A DNA stretch of 64,000 nucleotides from a bacterium (GCA_963681965.1 OY820579.1:2256835-2320834); one strand, 5' to 3'; shown: positions 37,917 to 48,878, counted from the stretch's first letter. Notes: generated from the letters alone by a model not told the origin. Numbers and translations: made by a program.

Positions 37917-38852
37917 TCACGTTTTTTTCAGGGTCGTCGACCACTGCCGCAAAATCCACCCGATAGCCCCGTACACCAAGCTGATCAACGTATTTGCCCG
38001 AATTGCGAGTGGAAACAGCATCGCCTGAGCCGGTGAATATCCCAACATCACCCCGATTTCCGCCGCACCGATATCGGCAATCCCGATCCCGCCCGGAATA
38101 AAACTGCCGACGATCACGAATGTGGTCACACTCATCAACAGCATTGCATCGAACAGCGTCACAGGCGCGTTGAATGCCGCTGCCAGCGCCCACCACATCA
38201 CTGCGATCGAGATCCAGAGGATCAGCGTGAGCGCCAATACCGATTTCCGTTCTAACAGTAAATGCGATGCCGATCGCATCCCCTCGAAGAGACTGCGAAG
38301 TTTCGGCGACCACCGTACCGCCAGCACCAAACCCACGATACCGCAGGCAATCACTCCAATCACCACTCCCAGCACCAGCAGCAGCCGATCGGCGAGGTAG
38401 GTCCGCAGTTTCGCCTGCGTCAGGATGCCGATTGTAGAAAACAACAGCAGTGTCGCAACGTCGACGACACGTTCAACGGCAACGATACCATACTGCGAAC
38501 CACGCTGTTCTCCGAGAATCCGGTGCGATAATTCCGCTTTCAGAAATTCACCGGCATTCATCGGTGTGATCGATCCGAGTCCTTTTGCAATCATCGTGAC
38601 GATCGCGAGATCGCGCCACGGCAGCAGCCGTGGTGTTGCCGAGAGCAGAACACCCCAGCGGATCGTGGAGAACAAGAGGAACACACCGTAGAACAGAAAA
38701 CCAGTGATCAACCACCAGGGTGAGACCCGAAACCCTTCACGGAACAGGTCGGGCGGGGAGCGCCAGATAAAGTAGAGGACAGCGGCAACGATTCCGACCA
38801 GTGTCAGTAACCACTGCAGGATGATGCGACCGCGATGGCTGGATAGCGTCAT
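37917..38852 (-). CDS. Multi-TM flippase-like protein (lysylphosphatidylglycerol synthase TM region / UPF0104-like)
   Basis: About 8 predicted TM helices with the family-typical N-terminal pattern; start set to MTLSSHRG (track ORF runs upstream across coaD). Confidence 0.55.
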   Translation of the reverse strand: MTLSSHRGRIILQWLLTLVGIVAAVLYFIWRSPPDLFREGFRVSPWWLITGFLFYGVFLLFSTIRWGVLLSATPRLLPWRDLAIVTMIAKGLGSITPMNAGEFLKAELSHRILGEQRGSQYGIVAVERVVDVATLLLFSTIGILTQAKLRTYLADRLLLVLGVVIGVIACGIVGLVLAVRWSPKLRSLFEGMRSASHLLLERKSVLALTLILWISIAVMWWALAAAFNAPVTLFDAMLLMSVTTFVIVGSFIPGGIGIADIGAAEIGVMLGYSPAQAMLFPLAIRANTLISLVYGAIGWILRQWSTTLKKT

Positions 38853-39352
38853 TCGCTGGCTTTTCCGTACATCGGATATACTTCGCGCAATCGTCGTTGA
38901 ACGGCTGCCGGTACGTACCGGGCGACATCGCCACCGTGCGATGCGACGTTCCGGATCAGCGAGCTGTTGAGATAGGTATAGCGCGCATGCGGCATCATGA
39001 AGATCGTGACGATTTCCGGGGCGAGTCGGCGATTCATCAATGCCATTTGAAATTCGAATTCGAAATCGCTGGTGGCGCGAACGCCGCGGATCAGGGCGAT
39101 GGCACAATGTTCTTCGGCGAATCGAACCACCAGTCCTTCGTACGTATCGACGTCTACCGACGGCATTTCCGAAACACTCTCCTTGATCATCGCGACGCGC
39201 GTTTCCAAATCGAATAGCGGTTTCTTTTCGGGATTGGATGCGATGCAGACGATGATTTTATCGAACAATACCGAGGCACGACGGATTACATCGAGATGAC
39301 CATTCGTGATTGGATCGAATGTCCCCGGTACAACTGCCACACGTGGTGTCAC
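38849..39352 (-). CDS. coaD: Phosphopantetheine adenylyltransferase
   Basis: VAVVPGTFDPITNGHLDVIRRA motif; 167 aa; GTG start. Confidence 0.9.
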   Translation of the reverse strand: MTPRVAVVPGTFDPITNGHLDVIRRASVLFDKIIVCIASNPEKKPLFDLETRVAMIKESVSEMPSVDVDTYEGLVVRFAEEHCAIALIRGVRATSDFEFEFQMALMNRRLAPEIVTIFMMPHARYTYLNSSLIRNVASHGGDVARYVPAAVQRRLREVYPMYGKASE

Positions 39353-39767
39353 AACGTCTCTCCCTTGGAAAAATCAACATCAATAATGATTTGTCGGTCG
39401 TCTTCCGACGAAGCCGCAGGCATAAGGCTTATTATTAAATTGATTTTGATTTCTCTGGTAGGGGCGGTTCGCGAACCGCCCGTGTCCTATGATAACTCAC
39501 GATTATTTTCGAATTTGGGAATCAAGATGGTCTAATTTACAATCGTTATCCTCAATATTGATCATCCCAACTTTCAACGTTACGGGCGGTTCGCGAACCG
39601 CCCCTACCTCAAAATTCCCATTCAAACGCGAACGTTTTTCGCCGTTACCAAAAACATAATTAATATACACCAAAACGGGCGAACAATATCGCTCGCCCGT
39701 AACACAAGTTATTCTCAATACCGGTTCATTGCCGATAAATTATGCACTGACAAGAATCCGGAAAAAA
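39353..39767. repeat. REP-like hairpin cluster
   Basis: ggtaggggcggttcgcgaaccgcccg and inverted cgggcggttcgcgaaccgcccctacc flanking an AT-rich core; gggcgaacaatatcgctcgcccg hairpin. Confidence 0.75.
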
Positions 39768-40190
39768 CTACTCTTCGGTTTTCTCGTCGGTCTTTTCTTC
39801 TTTCGCTTCCTTGGCTGCTTTCTTCGCATTCTGGAACTTCGGAATGGCATCGGAAATCGAATTCACTAAGTCAGGCAATTTCGCCGTCAGATTATCCAAC
39901 ACGCTCGGTTTCGTTCCGAACAAGTGAATATTGTGTCCATCGATCACGATGAATGCCACCGGCGAGACCGACAATCCCGCGCCGCCACCGGAACCGCCCG
40001 GACCGTCGCCATCCGCTTTGCCCGGTCCCGCGCCGCTTCCGGCACCGACACCCAATGCAACTTTCACCACCGGGACAATGATCTTTTCACCGATCATTAC
40101 CGGTTCGCCGACAACTGTTTTGGTAGCAGCAATATTCTGTAACTTGTCTAACAGCGTTTCCAGAATTTCTTTGGTAGTTCCGCCTGCCAT
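39768..40190 (-). CDS. GerW/YtfJ-family-like protein
   Basis: VGEP..IGEKIIVPV.KV..G.G.G, a Gly-rich loop and ...VAFIVIDG pattern typical of that family. Confidence 0.5.
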   Translation of the reverse strand: MAGGTTKEILETLLDKLQNIAATKTVVGEPVMIGEKIIVPVVKVALGVGAGSGAGPGKADGDGPGGSGGGAGLSVSPVAFIVIDGHNIHLFGTKPSVLDNLTAKLPDLVNSISDAIPKFQNAKKAAKEAKEEKTDEKTEE

Positions 40191-40263
40191 ATTTCCTCCT
40201 TGGTTCTGAATTGGATTGATGACTCAACTCAGGCATCAATCTTTTTGTAAAAAAAATAGTCTC

Positions 40264-41532
40264 TTATTTCACGACTACGATGCGGTAGAGGTTCCCGTGT
40301 CGGACGATCGAAACCCGGAATGGGAGTTTCTGCCACTGCTTAAGCGCATTAGTCAGATCGCTGAGTTCGCCGGAAGCTTCCGATCCGTCGATCGTCAATT
40401 TCTCCGCAGTCGGGATCGCAAACGATTCGTCCGCTTTATAGCTTAAGAACGGTAGATAGAGGGTAAATCGATCCGTCGGTGCATCGTATTTTCCGTTCAG
40501 CGAATCGACCTTACCGCCTTGCATCTTCCAAGCAGCTTTCATCGCCTCGGTTGGATCGTGGTCGGCAATGATTTGAACCATCGCTTCGCCCGACGAGATC
40601 GAGACTAACTCCAGTTTTCCACCCGATTCGGCAATTTGAAGGATCTTTGCAATCAATCCGCCGGGGCTGTCCGAAGTTTCTACCGGTGTTATGTGAGTGA
40701 CGGTATCGGGTATCGAGGTTGCAGCACTTCCCTTCGCACTATCCGTCAGCGGTACTGTATGTGGTACGGCTTTCGGTCGATTGTGGTAGCGATTGCTGTA
40801 AATCATCGCAACTGCACTCAAAATTGCGACAATGGCGGTGATTATGATGACCCGTTTGATCAGGCGGGCACTCTTCGAAAAGTCGAAATTGTGCTGGACC
40901 GGTTCTTCGGTAATGGTCTCTTCCGGAGGAGTAGATCCGGGCTTTTCCGAAAGAGTGTATACCGGTTTTTCGGGAACTCCGGGGAATTGATGCGCCGTCG
41001 GTTGCGTGACCGATAGCGATTTGAAATCGAATGACAACACTTCGCTGATTGGTTGATCGGGCAGTGCAAACCGGATTGCCGAAAGATTGTATCCGTGTTC
41101 CAGCAGGACGCCTTTCCAGAACGCCACTACCGCCGGACGCATCAGTGCGACATCGTGCATGCCGTCGCCGCGATCGCGATAGAGATAGAGATAATAGTCG
41201 AGATCGGTTTGCAGTTGTTTCGATAGTTCCCACGTGATTTGTCGGGGAATTTCCTCTTCCGGCAACGACGGTGTCGGTATTTTCGTCGCCATTCCCCAGG
41301 ATGGCGGTAACCACACTTCGAGATCGGTCGAAGCGGGTGTCGCAGTCGTGAAGATGGTCGAGAGATAAGTTTTGAGTGCCTGAGTTGCAATCTCGGATTT
41401 GGTGATGATTGCTTCCAGCGGGAATGAGGCTTCGGTGGCTGCCGTTTCGACGAATTCGAGGGTCTGTTCCTCACCCTGCAATTCGCCTAATACAAATTCG
41501 TTTTCCCGGACCCAGAGCACGGCAGTATTCAT
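40264..41532 (-). CDS. Hypothetical protein with one central TM segment
   Basis: 422-aa ORF, TM helix ...RVIIITAIVAILSAVAMIY...; no motif recognised. Confidence 0.45.
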   Translation of the reverse strand: MNTAVLWVRENEFVLGELQGEEQTLEFVETAATEASFPLEAIITKSEIATQALKTYLSTIFTTATPASTDLEVWLPPSWGMATKIPTPSLPEEEIPRQITWELSKQLQTDLDYYLYLYRDRGDGMHDVALMRPAVVAFWKGVLLEHGYNLSAIRFALPDQPISEVLSFDFKSLSVTQPTAHQFPGVPEKPVYTLSEKPGSTPPEETITEEPVQHNFDFSKSARLIKRVIIITAIVAILSAVAMIYSNRYHNRPKAVPHTVPLTDSAKGSAATSIPDTVTHITPVETSDSPGGLIAKILQIAESGGKLELVSISSGEAMVQIIADHDPTEAMKAAWKMQGGKVDSLNGKYDAPTDRFTLYLPFLSYKADESFAIPTAEKLTIDGSEASGELSDLTNALKQWQKLPFRVSIVRHGNLYRIVVVK

Positions 41533-41903
41533 TTTGCTCCTCCGGGTTGGGTTGTTGCAATCTTCAAGTACGGGGCGATCCGTTCCCAGTTGCTAGGACC
41601 GATACCGCGCACCCGATCGACGAAATCGGCTGCCGAGTGAAACGGCGTGCGAGTACGTTCGCTAACGATGCGTGCTGCCATTTTCGGTCCAATTCCCGGT
41701 ACCAGTTGTAACATTTCCGGCGACGCCAGATTCGGGTCGAGCGGAAAACGAATGGTTGTATCGGTTAATAATATAATGCTTGAATCGGAGCTATTCGCCC
41801 TTTTTTCAACCGGTTTCGATTTTTCGAACCAAGCTTTCGGAAAACACGCGAATAGGAGCACGATTGTAATAATCAGGATGACACTCCGTTCATAGGGTGT
41901 CAT
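41529..41903 (-). CDS. ComEA-like helix-hairpin-helix DNA-binding protein
   Basis: N-terminal TM anchor plus LQLVPGIGPKMAARIV...FVDRVRGIGPSNWERI tandem HhH motifs; start set to MTPYERSV. Confidence 0.6.
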   Translation of the reverse strand: MTPYERSVILIITIVLLFACFPKAWFEKSKPVEKRANSSDSSIILLTDTTIRFPLDPNLASPEMLQLVPGIGPKMAARIVSERTRTPFHSAADFVDRVRGIGPSNWERIAPYLKIATTQPGGAK

Positions 41904-41937
41904 CCTGATTGAGAACGTTCGGTGGTGATGGGGTGTA

Positions 41938-43245
41938 TCAGACTTCTTTAAGTTTTCCGAATTCTGCGAAGACAATCGGCTTATCCTCTACGACAGCTTT
42001 ATCGCGGATCGCTTTCAGTGTCTTTTGCTGAGCGATTTCAATCTTGATCGATCGGCGACGGACCGGATCCTCGAATTTCTCGCGGATTTCCGCAACCGGA
42101 ACTTTATTGGTCTTGGCATAGACCTGAATTTCATGTTCGATTTCTTCATCGGTCGGTTCGATCGACAACTGCTGGGCAATCCGTTCCGCCAGCAATTCCC
42201 ACTTCGCTTCGTTCTCGGCGGCGGGTTTTACGATCTTCTCGATGAATTCCGGGGGAATTTCAATATCGCGACCTTCGGACAGACGTTCCTTGATCTTCTC
42301 TTCGGCATAGCTGACCAGCGCCGGCGGCAGATCAAGCGTATTGCCCGCAATCACGCTGTCGCGCAACCGGATCAACAACCCTTCTTCGGCACGACGGTCG
42401 GCATTCGCCTGCAATTCGCTCTTCAGCGCATCGCGCAAATCGGCGACAGTCTTGAATTTCGACGTGAACATCTGGGCGTATTCGTCGGTTACTTCCGGCA
42501 ATTCGCGTGTCAATACCCGTTCGACTTTGACCCGGAAGGTATACTTGTTTTCGTGGGTGTGGTCGCCGTGGGTGTGTGTTTCGGTCACTTCCACCTTGCG
42601 CGTTTCACCAGCTATCGCGCCGAGCAACTGGTCGCTGCTGGTCGCACCAAGCGGATCGCCGCTCACCGGGAGCGACTGGATCTGGCGGACAGATTCTTTC
42701 AGTACGAACCCTTCGTCGTCGAGTTGCGCAATTTCACAGGCGAGGAAATTGTCGGCGGTAGCCGCTAAATCGGTATCGAGGTACTTCGCATGTCGGACGC
42801 GCAACTCTTCGAGTGAGGCGTCGATATCGGCTTCGGTCACTTCCACCTGATATTTCCACGCTGCGACGCTATCGAAGCCAACTGCTTCGAATTCCGGTGC
42901 TACCGGGACTTTCGCGGTGAAATTGATATCCTGATTTTCGCCATAGACCACATCGTCGATTTCCGCGGTCGCAACCGGGTCGACTTTCGCTTCGGTCAAT
43001 GCGATCGGGAACGCTTCCTGAATAATTTCTTGTGCCAGTTCCTGCAGGATCGTTTCACCGAACCGCGATTTGATGATGTGCAACGGAATTCTACCGGGGC
43101 GAAAGCCGGGGAGTTTCAATTGGGTTGCGGTGTTATAGAGTTGTTCTTGATAGCGGGTCGACAGCTCTGCGGCTGGAACCGTTACACGGAGTTCGATTGT
43201 GGTCGAATCGATCCGATTGCTGTCGAACTTAATTGCTTCGATCAT
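41938..43245 (-). CDS. tig: Trigger factor
   Basis: N-terminal ribosome-binding signature GFRPGRIP and overall trigger-factor architecture; start set to MIEAIKFD. Confidence 0.85.
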   Translation of the reverse strand: MIEAIKFDSNRIDSTTIELRVTVPAAELSTRYQEQLYNTATQLKLPGFRPGRIPLHIIKSRFGETILQELAQEIIQEAFPIALTEAKVDPVATAEIDDVVYGENQDINFTAKVPVAPEFEAVGFDSVAAWKYQVEVTEADIDASLEELRVRHAKYLDTDLAATADNFLACEIAQLDDEGFVLKESVRQIQSLPVSGDPLGATSSDQLLGAIAGETRKVEVTETHTHGDHTHENKYTFRVKVERVLTRELPEVTDEYAQMFTSKFKTVADLRDALKSELQANADRRAEEGLLIRLRDSVIAGNTLDLPPALVSYAEEKIKERLSEGRDIEIPPEFIEKIVKPAAENEAKWELLAERIAQQLSIEPTDEEIEHEIQVYAKTNKVPVAEIREKFEDPVRRRSIKIEIAQQKTLKAIRDKAVVEDKPIVFAEFGKLKEV

Positions 43246-43314
43246 GAAATTTGTCCTAATGGGTGAATGATTCCGTTCGCATTTGGCAGTACGAACGAAG
43301 AAATAAAACGGGCG

Positions 43315-43396
<82 letters not shown>

Positions 43397-43438
43397 GGAG
43401 AACGCAAATATCCAATGTATCTCATTATTTCGGCTGGA

Positions 43439-44194
43439 TCAAGTTACCGGTTTTCGGTGTTGACGGTACGCAAGCCATAAAAGTAGTACGGTTATCCAAG
43501 GGAACCTTAATATTTCCAATAAGATCCAAATAATAATCCGGAGCGGGACCACTTTCATGATCAACGAAGACTCCCAGCGCCAGACACCTTCGACAAAATC
43601 ACCATCGAATGCCAAATCAAGTCGCTGCGGTTTTAATGGAAGTATTGCACAACCAATACCATAAAGAAAACCAATTTGAGCAGGATCCTCGCCTCCGAAT
43701 TGTATCCGGCAGCGGCACTCCTCGCAACTGGGTACTTTCAGCAGTCGACCGATCATCCGCAGGAATTGCTTTAGGATTTTTACAAATCGTTTCTGTTCTT
43801 CGACGATTAGTGCAAACCATGCGACTTCCGGTTCGGATTTGTCCGCGTTTTTTTTCTTCTGATCGGTGGATGGCGTCAGTTCATCTGATCCACCCGGTTG
43901 ATTTGGTTCCGATGGCGATGATTTTTTCTTGCCGAAACTGAAATTGATGTGAATACCCGTCGATTCCGGTTCCGGTTCGGATGGGGTGGTGATTGCTTTT
44001 CCATCGGATTCTACAGCCTTTGCTGGTTCAGTCGATTTTTTCGCGGGGAAGCTGCTGCGTGATTTGAACCAGAGCCATTGCAGTTCGAAGTAACCGGTTT
44101 TGTCGAGCAGAAAGAATCGAAAGCGCACCGGGAACGCCAAGATGATCGCGAGTACGATCACAATTCCCAGTAGAATTTCGAGGAGGAGCATCAT
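43439..44194 (-). CDS. Hypothetical membrane protein (possibly DUF2953-like)
   Basis: Start set to MMLLLEILLGIVIVLAIILAF after the tadA stop; low-complexity S/E/P/K-rich middle; family assignment tentative. Confidence 0.4.
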   Translation of the reverse strand: MMLLLEILLGIVIVLAIILAFPVRFRFFLLDKTGYFELQWLWFKSRSSFPAKKSTEPAKAVESDGKAITTPSEPEPESTGIHINFSFGKKKSSPSEPNQPGGSDELTPSTDQKKKNADKSEPEVAWFALIVEEQKRFVKILKQFLRMIGRLLKVPSCEECRCRIQFGGEDPAQIGFLYGIGCAILPLKPQRLDLAFDGDFVEGVWRWESSLIMKVVPLRIIIWILLEILRFPWITVLLLWLAYRQHRKPVT

Positions 44195-44700
44195 TCGAGT
44201 AGATCGTTTCCATTGTGAAGCGGTTTGGTGGCACCGGGAAGGCGTTTGCTGCGGAAAAAATTCTGCAACATTTCGGCACAGGCACCTTCGCGAATGCCGC
44301 CAATGACGGTGACTTTCCGCCCGAGCCTGCCGTCTTCGAGGAGATTGTAGAGACTGCCACAGGCACCCAGTTTCGGATCGGATGCACCAAATACGATCCG
44401 GTCGATATGGGCAAGCAGAATCGCGCCAGCGCACATCGGGCACGGTTCGAGAGTAGTATACAATGTACATCCCTCGAGCAACGGTTCGCCGAGCGCTTCG
44501 GCGGCGGCGGTGATCGCAATCATTTCGGCGTGCGCGGTCGGATCGCAGCCGGCGATGATCCGATTATAACCCGTTCCGAGCAGCCGTTCGCCGCGCATCA
44601 CGACGGCACCGACCGGCACTTCGTCGGCATCGAGGGCATATTGCGCCTGACGGAGGGCGCGCTCCATTCCGCGATCCAGTTCATTCATGTTGTGCAACAA
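44191..44700 (-). CDS. tadA: tRNA-specific adenosine deaminase
   Basis: Zinc-binding deaminase motifs HAEMIA and PCPMCAGA; 169 aa. Confidence 0.85.
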   Translation of the reverse strand: MLHNMNELDRGMERALRQAQYALDADEVPVGAVVMRGERLLGTGYNRIIAGCDPTAHAEMIAITAAAEALGEPLLEGCTLYTTLEPCPMCAGAILLAHIDRIVFGASDPKLGACGSLYNLLEDGRLGRKVTVIGGIREGACAEMLQNFFRSKRLPGATKPLHNGNDLLE

Positions 44701-46030
44701 CCCAATTCATTCATAGCGAGAATATAATCCGATGCAATCCGTTTTGGTAGCGGCGGAGTAAAAGAGGCCGTTTTTTTTTTGCGTAGGGGCGTATGGCATA
44801 CGCCCGAAGCGGCAGGCAGCGCCTGACGCCGAGTATGTCTCCTGATATGTAAACAAGAGGAGTCGGAATAAATTCCGACCTACCGAAAAGAAGATGCACG
44901 CAGGTTTGGAGGTCTGCATCACCAACAGGATGGGAGTTGGGGGTTAGGAGTTGGGAATTTGGGGAAAAGATCGGTAGCGGCGGACTTTAGTCCGCTCTAA
45001 GTTCTGCTTTCTTTGTAGCCGCAGGCTTCATCCTGCGTTCTTGTATCTTTTTTGATCCTGTATCCTGCAGTGGGGTGACCCTCCGCGAACGCCCGCTCTT
45101 GTATCTTTTTTACCCCAATACCCACAACCTACCACCCACCACCCATTTTTCGTAGGGGCGTATGGCATACGCCCGAAGCGGCAGGCAGTGCCTGACGCCG
45201 AGTATGTATCCTGATATGTGAACAAGAGGAGTCGGAATAAATTCCGACCTACGGAAAAGAAGATACTCGCAGGCTCGGAGGCCTGCGCCACCAAAGACAA
45301 GACACAGGAGGTGGTCAGAACAAGTTCTGACCTACGGAAAAGAAGATGCACGCAGGTTTGGAGGTCTGCGCCACCATCAGGATGGGAGTTGGGGGTTAGG
45401 AGTTGGGAATTTGGGGAAAAGAGGGGTAGCGGCGGACTTTAGTCCGCTCTAAGTTCTGCTTTCTTTGTAGCCGCAGACTTCAGCCTGCGTTTTTTTTCTG
45501 ATTATGACACAAGAGGAGTCGGAATAAATTCCGACCTACGGAAAAGAAGATACTCGCAGGCTCGGATGTATGCACCACCAACAGGATGGGAGTTGGGGGT
45601 TAGGAGTTGGGAATTTGGGGAAAAGAGGGGTAGCGGCGGACTTTAGTCCGCTCTAAGTTCTGCTTTCTTTGTAGCCGCAGGCTTCAGCCTGCTTTTTTTT
45701 TCTGATTATGACACAAGAGGAGTCGGAATAAATTCCGACATACTTCCTGACACAGGAGGTGGTCAGAACAAGTTCTGACCTACGGAAAAGAAGATGCACG
45801 CAGGCTCGGAGGCCTGCGCCGCCAAAGACAAGACACAGGAGGTGGTCAGAACAAGTTCTGACCTACCGCAACACGATCCTCCTATCACCCAATCTTTTTA
45901 GTAGGGGCGGACCCCCGTGTCCGCCCGCTCTCTTTTTTTTTATTCCCCAACGCCCACAACCTACCATCCACCACCCATCTTGTAGCCCCCGCTGGCGGGG
46001 GTTGGGGGTGGTCGCGCCGGTAGGCGCGTG
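44701..46030. repeat. Large BIME-like mosaic of REP hairpins with partly duplicated 200-300-bp blocks
   Basis: Repeated gtcggaataaattccgac, gtaggtcagaacaagttctgacc, gtagcggcggactttagtccgc, gtagccgcaggcttcagcctgcg, gtaggggcgtatggcatacgccc and G-rich gatgggagttgggggttaggagttggg tracts. Confidence 0.8.
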
Positions 46031-46079
46031 AGCGAAGCAAAAAAAACTCGCAATCAAGTTTTTCTTTAGAATCTTCTTT

Positions 46080-46220
46080 TTAGGACTCTAGAGTCCACTA
46101 AAAACTCTGGACTCGGAATCTTCTGTATCTTTCCTCGTTACCTCTAAAGATTCTTTATTTAGCTCGCAGTATGACTCTAGAGTAAAGACTCTAAAGAAGA
46201 CTCTAGAGATAAAGACTCGG
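46080..46220. other. AT-rich region with iterated gactctagag-type repeats (iteron-like)
   Basis: ggactctagagtcc palindrome, then a run of gactcta(g/a)ag units ~13-15 bp apart; unlike the GC-rich REP families. Confidence 0.4.
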
Positions 46221-46467
46221 TTGATATTTTCATGTTGTTGTGAATACATCGGTTAGACGCGTTTTCTGAGTGATAAATTGGCATCATCGGTGGATAACTC
46301 CGATAATTCAATATAAATAATACACTTATCTAGAATTGTAATGTAAATGCTTCCGAGAGTCCGATTCCGGTTAGGATAATGTGGAGATTTTCGAATTTAT
46401 ATGTTTTGAATAATTAATGGATGCTTAAAATTGTATCGAATTTATTTTGCCGAAACAAAAATAACTC

Positions 46468-46498
46468 TTGACTTTTGCCTAAAAATGTATTATATTAT
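46468..46498 (+). promoter_or_regulatory. Candidate sigma70-like promoter upstream of the OB-fold gene
   Basis: cttgact (-35-like), ~17-bp spacer, tattat (-10-like); by eye only. Confidence 0.3.
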
Positions 46499-46697
46499 AT
46501 ACAAGATGGGGAATAGGTGTTGGGTGATGGGGAGTGGGGAAAAGAAAAAAAACGATTAAAACTTCCATTGGCACTGTGCATTCACATCATCAAACATCAC
46601 CAACCATCCAACTCCGACGCTTACTGCTGCGATCTCTGACCAACAAAGACTCTTTTATAAAAAATCTCACCGTATCTTCCGCGAAAGGAATCCAACC

Positions 46698-47054
46698 ATG
46701 TCCGATATCAATGAATGGTGGCTGCAAGGGCGTATCGGCGCCATTTCACCGCTTATCCCCGATCGCAAAACCAGCTTCTGCAAAGTCACCCTCGTTACCT
46801 CCACCCGCATCGATCACCGCCAGAAAGACATCGAAGACTGGCATGAAATCATCATGGGTCATGATGTCGCGGAACAATTCCTTTCCGAAGCTGCTGTCGG
46901 GAAAAAAATACGCTGTAAGGGATATCTTCTTCGGCGTCGAATCAGACCTAAAAACTCCAACATATCTCCAGAGTCACAAATGATTGCGACTTGGTATTCT
47001 ATCGACTGTGTGAAAAGGTTCAACGAGGCAAATCATATCAGATTCGTTGCCTAA
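46698..47054 (+). CDS. Small OB-fold, SSB-like protein (putative)
   Basis: 118 aa; weak resemblance to SSB/PriB-type OB folds (...DWHEIIMGHDVAEQFL...GKKIRCKGYL). Confidence 0.3.
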   Translation: MSDINEWWLQGRIGAISPLIPDRKTSFCKVTLVTSTRIDHRQKDIEDWHEIIMGHDVAEQFLSEAAVGKKIRCKGYLLRRRIRPKNSNISPESQMIATWYSIDCVKRFNEANHIRFVA

Positions 47055-47204
47055 TCGATCTCCAGTGACGAACACAAAATTTCTCAATTCAGTCGGATTT
47101 TGAGTTTCAGAGTGTTAAAAATGTGGTTATTATATAACACTACATTCTGCACTGCATCTTCGCCAATCCCAACCGATCCATATTTGTTATTGATGAGGTT
47201 TATT

Positions 47205-48878
47205 ATGAAACTCAAGTTATATCTATTCGGAGCGATCGTTCTGCTCCTCTCCTTGGCGCTATTCGGTTGCAACAAGGAAGATTCGAAAACAACCGACAAT
47301 GGCATTGACACAACCGCTGCGGCGGCAAAAGTCAATGAAGCGAATCATCAGTTGGAATTGACGTTACAGTCGATTTTCTCCGGTCCGGAACCGGAACAGC
47401 CTTCCGACATCGATCTTTCGACACCATACGGTCTGTATATCCAAGCATTGGAAAAAGACCCGAACAATAAAACCGCAAACTTCGGCGCCGCGATTTTGGA
47501 GATCGTGATGATCTCGCGCGAAGCGCGCACCAACCAACTATTCACGGCATGGCGCGATTTCGGCGAACGCGACAGCATATTCGAAGTGGCTGCTCCGGCA
47601 CTGTTTATGCGTAAACCGACAACCGTACAACCGGCACTCAAATTCGATGCGCTCGCGATGCCGTTATTCCCATCGCTGCTGATGTTGAACAATCCAGCGC
47701 GAATTCAGGAACTTGCCGTCGTCGATCCGACTATCGCCGATCTGCAGAATTTCGCCGCCACATCGTTTTTACCGCGTATCAGCACTGCAATTTCGCGCTT
47801 GGAAGTCGTCACTCAGGATACCTCGTTCCGGTTTATCGTCACTGCGACTATGCAGAACGATACGCGCGCCGATCCAGTCATCCTCGATTTGACTGAAATC
47901 TATGCGACGCTTGCCGGACTGAATGCCATCAAGGCAATGTTCCTGATGTTCACCTCGTACAATCTGGATCCCGGTGGATTCACCGGCGCTGCCATGCAAT
48001 CGGCGATGACGCGCAGCTCCAATTTCTTCGCGCTGACCTCGACCGGTTCCTCCAATATGCCGGCGGCACGCACTGCGTGGCTCACCGCGCTCGATCGCCT
48101 CAATACGGCGATCTATCGCTTGGAACACGAAACCGGAAATCAGAGCCAACACTTGCTCAAGATCGCCGAACAGGATGGCGTCAAACGTAGCGAACTCGAC
48201 TCGATCAAACTCTATTTGCCGAAGGTTCGCACTACATTCGAAACTTCGCAATTGTGGAATGTGAAAGTCCACTCCGGCGAAACGCACCACTTCGAAGATG
48301 TCCGCTTTTCGCTGAATTCGGTCTTTACCAGCCCGATTCAGAACATAAAGACACTCTTCCCGATGTACGATGTCGTAATGGATACCGTCGAATATCATCG
48401 ATCGACTTGGATCGAGGATACGGTCGTCGCGACTGTCAGTTTCAACGGACAGCTCTATTGGAATCGCAGTGTAACGTATCGCAACGGCGTTGCCAGCAAC
48501 CAGAATTCCTATCAATCGATGGGTGTTCCCGCATTCGATACCTATTGGAACAACAAGATCGCATTGTACCGGAATAAACCGCAAGCGGAACTCCACATGT
48601 GGTGTAATGCTTACTTCAGTGCTTCCGGGTCGCACACGATCAAGGCACAATTCGAAGTCGATTATTACGATATCCACTATCGGACACAGCCGATCATCAC
48701 TTGGGCAGACACCTCGTTTGCAACGTGGCATATTCCCGATCCGACCATGGGCGGGCTATTGCCGGGTATGACCGACAGTGAAATGAAACGATTGATGGAT
48801 ATGCAGGCATCCGATTGGACGCGAACCATGACGATGCATTTCTGGGATGACGAAGCCGATTCGTCGTCTGCGCGGTAA
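47205..48878 (+). CDS. Hypothetical lipoprotein
   Basis: Signal peptide with lipobox LALFGC; start set to MKLKLYLFGAIVLLL; stop overlaps the next gene's start. Confidence 0.55.
   Translation: MKLKLYLFGAIVLLLSLALFGCNKEDSKTTDNGIDTTAAAAKVNEANHQLELTLQSIFSGPEPEQPSDIDLSTPYGLYIQALEKDPNNKTANFGAAILEIVMISREARTNQLFTAWRDFGERDSIFEVAAPALFMRKPTTVQPALKFDALAMPLFPSLLMLNNPARIQELAVVDPTIADLQNFAATSFLPRISTAISRLEVVTQDTSFRFIVTATMQNDTRADPVILDLTEIYATLAGLNAIKAMFLMFTSYNLDPGGFTGAAMQSAMTRSSNFFALTSTGSSNMPAARTAWLTALDRLNTAIYRLEHETGNQSQHLLKIAEQDGVKRSELDSIKLYLPKVRTTFETSQLWNVKVHSGETHHFEDVRFSLNSVFTSPIQNIKTLFPMYDVVMDTVEYHRSTWIEDTVVATVSFNGQLYWNRSVTYRNGVASNQNSYQSMGVPAFDTYWNNKIALYRNKPQAELHMWCNAYFSASGSHTIKAQFEVDYYDIHYRTQPIITWADTSFATWHIPDPTMGGLLPGMTDSEMKRLMDMQASDWTRTMTMHFWDDEADSSSAR

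Noticed and set aside
38853-39107. Upstream extension of the flippase-like ORF overlapping coaD
   Set aside because: The extension overlaps the well-supported coaD coding region on the same strand in another frame and is Arg/His-rich; the hydrophobic protein begins at MTLSSHRG.
44195-44470. Upstream extension of 43439-44470 overlapping tadA
   Set aside because: It overlaps tadA in another frame with Arg/Cys/Trp-rich composition; the membrane protein plausibly starts at MMLLLEILLG after the tadA stop.
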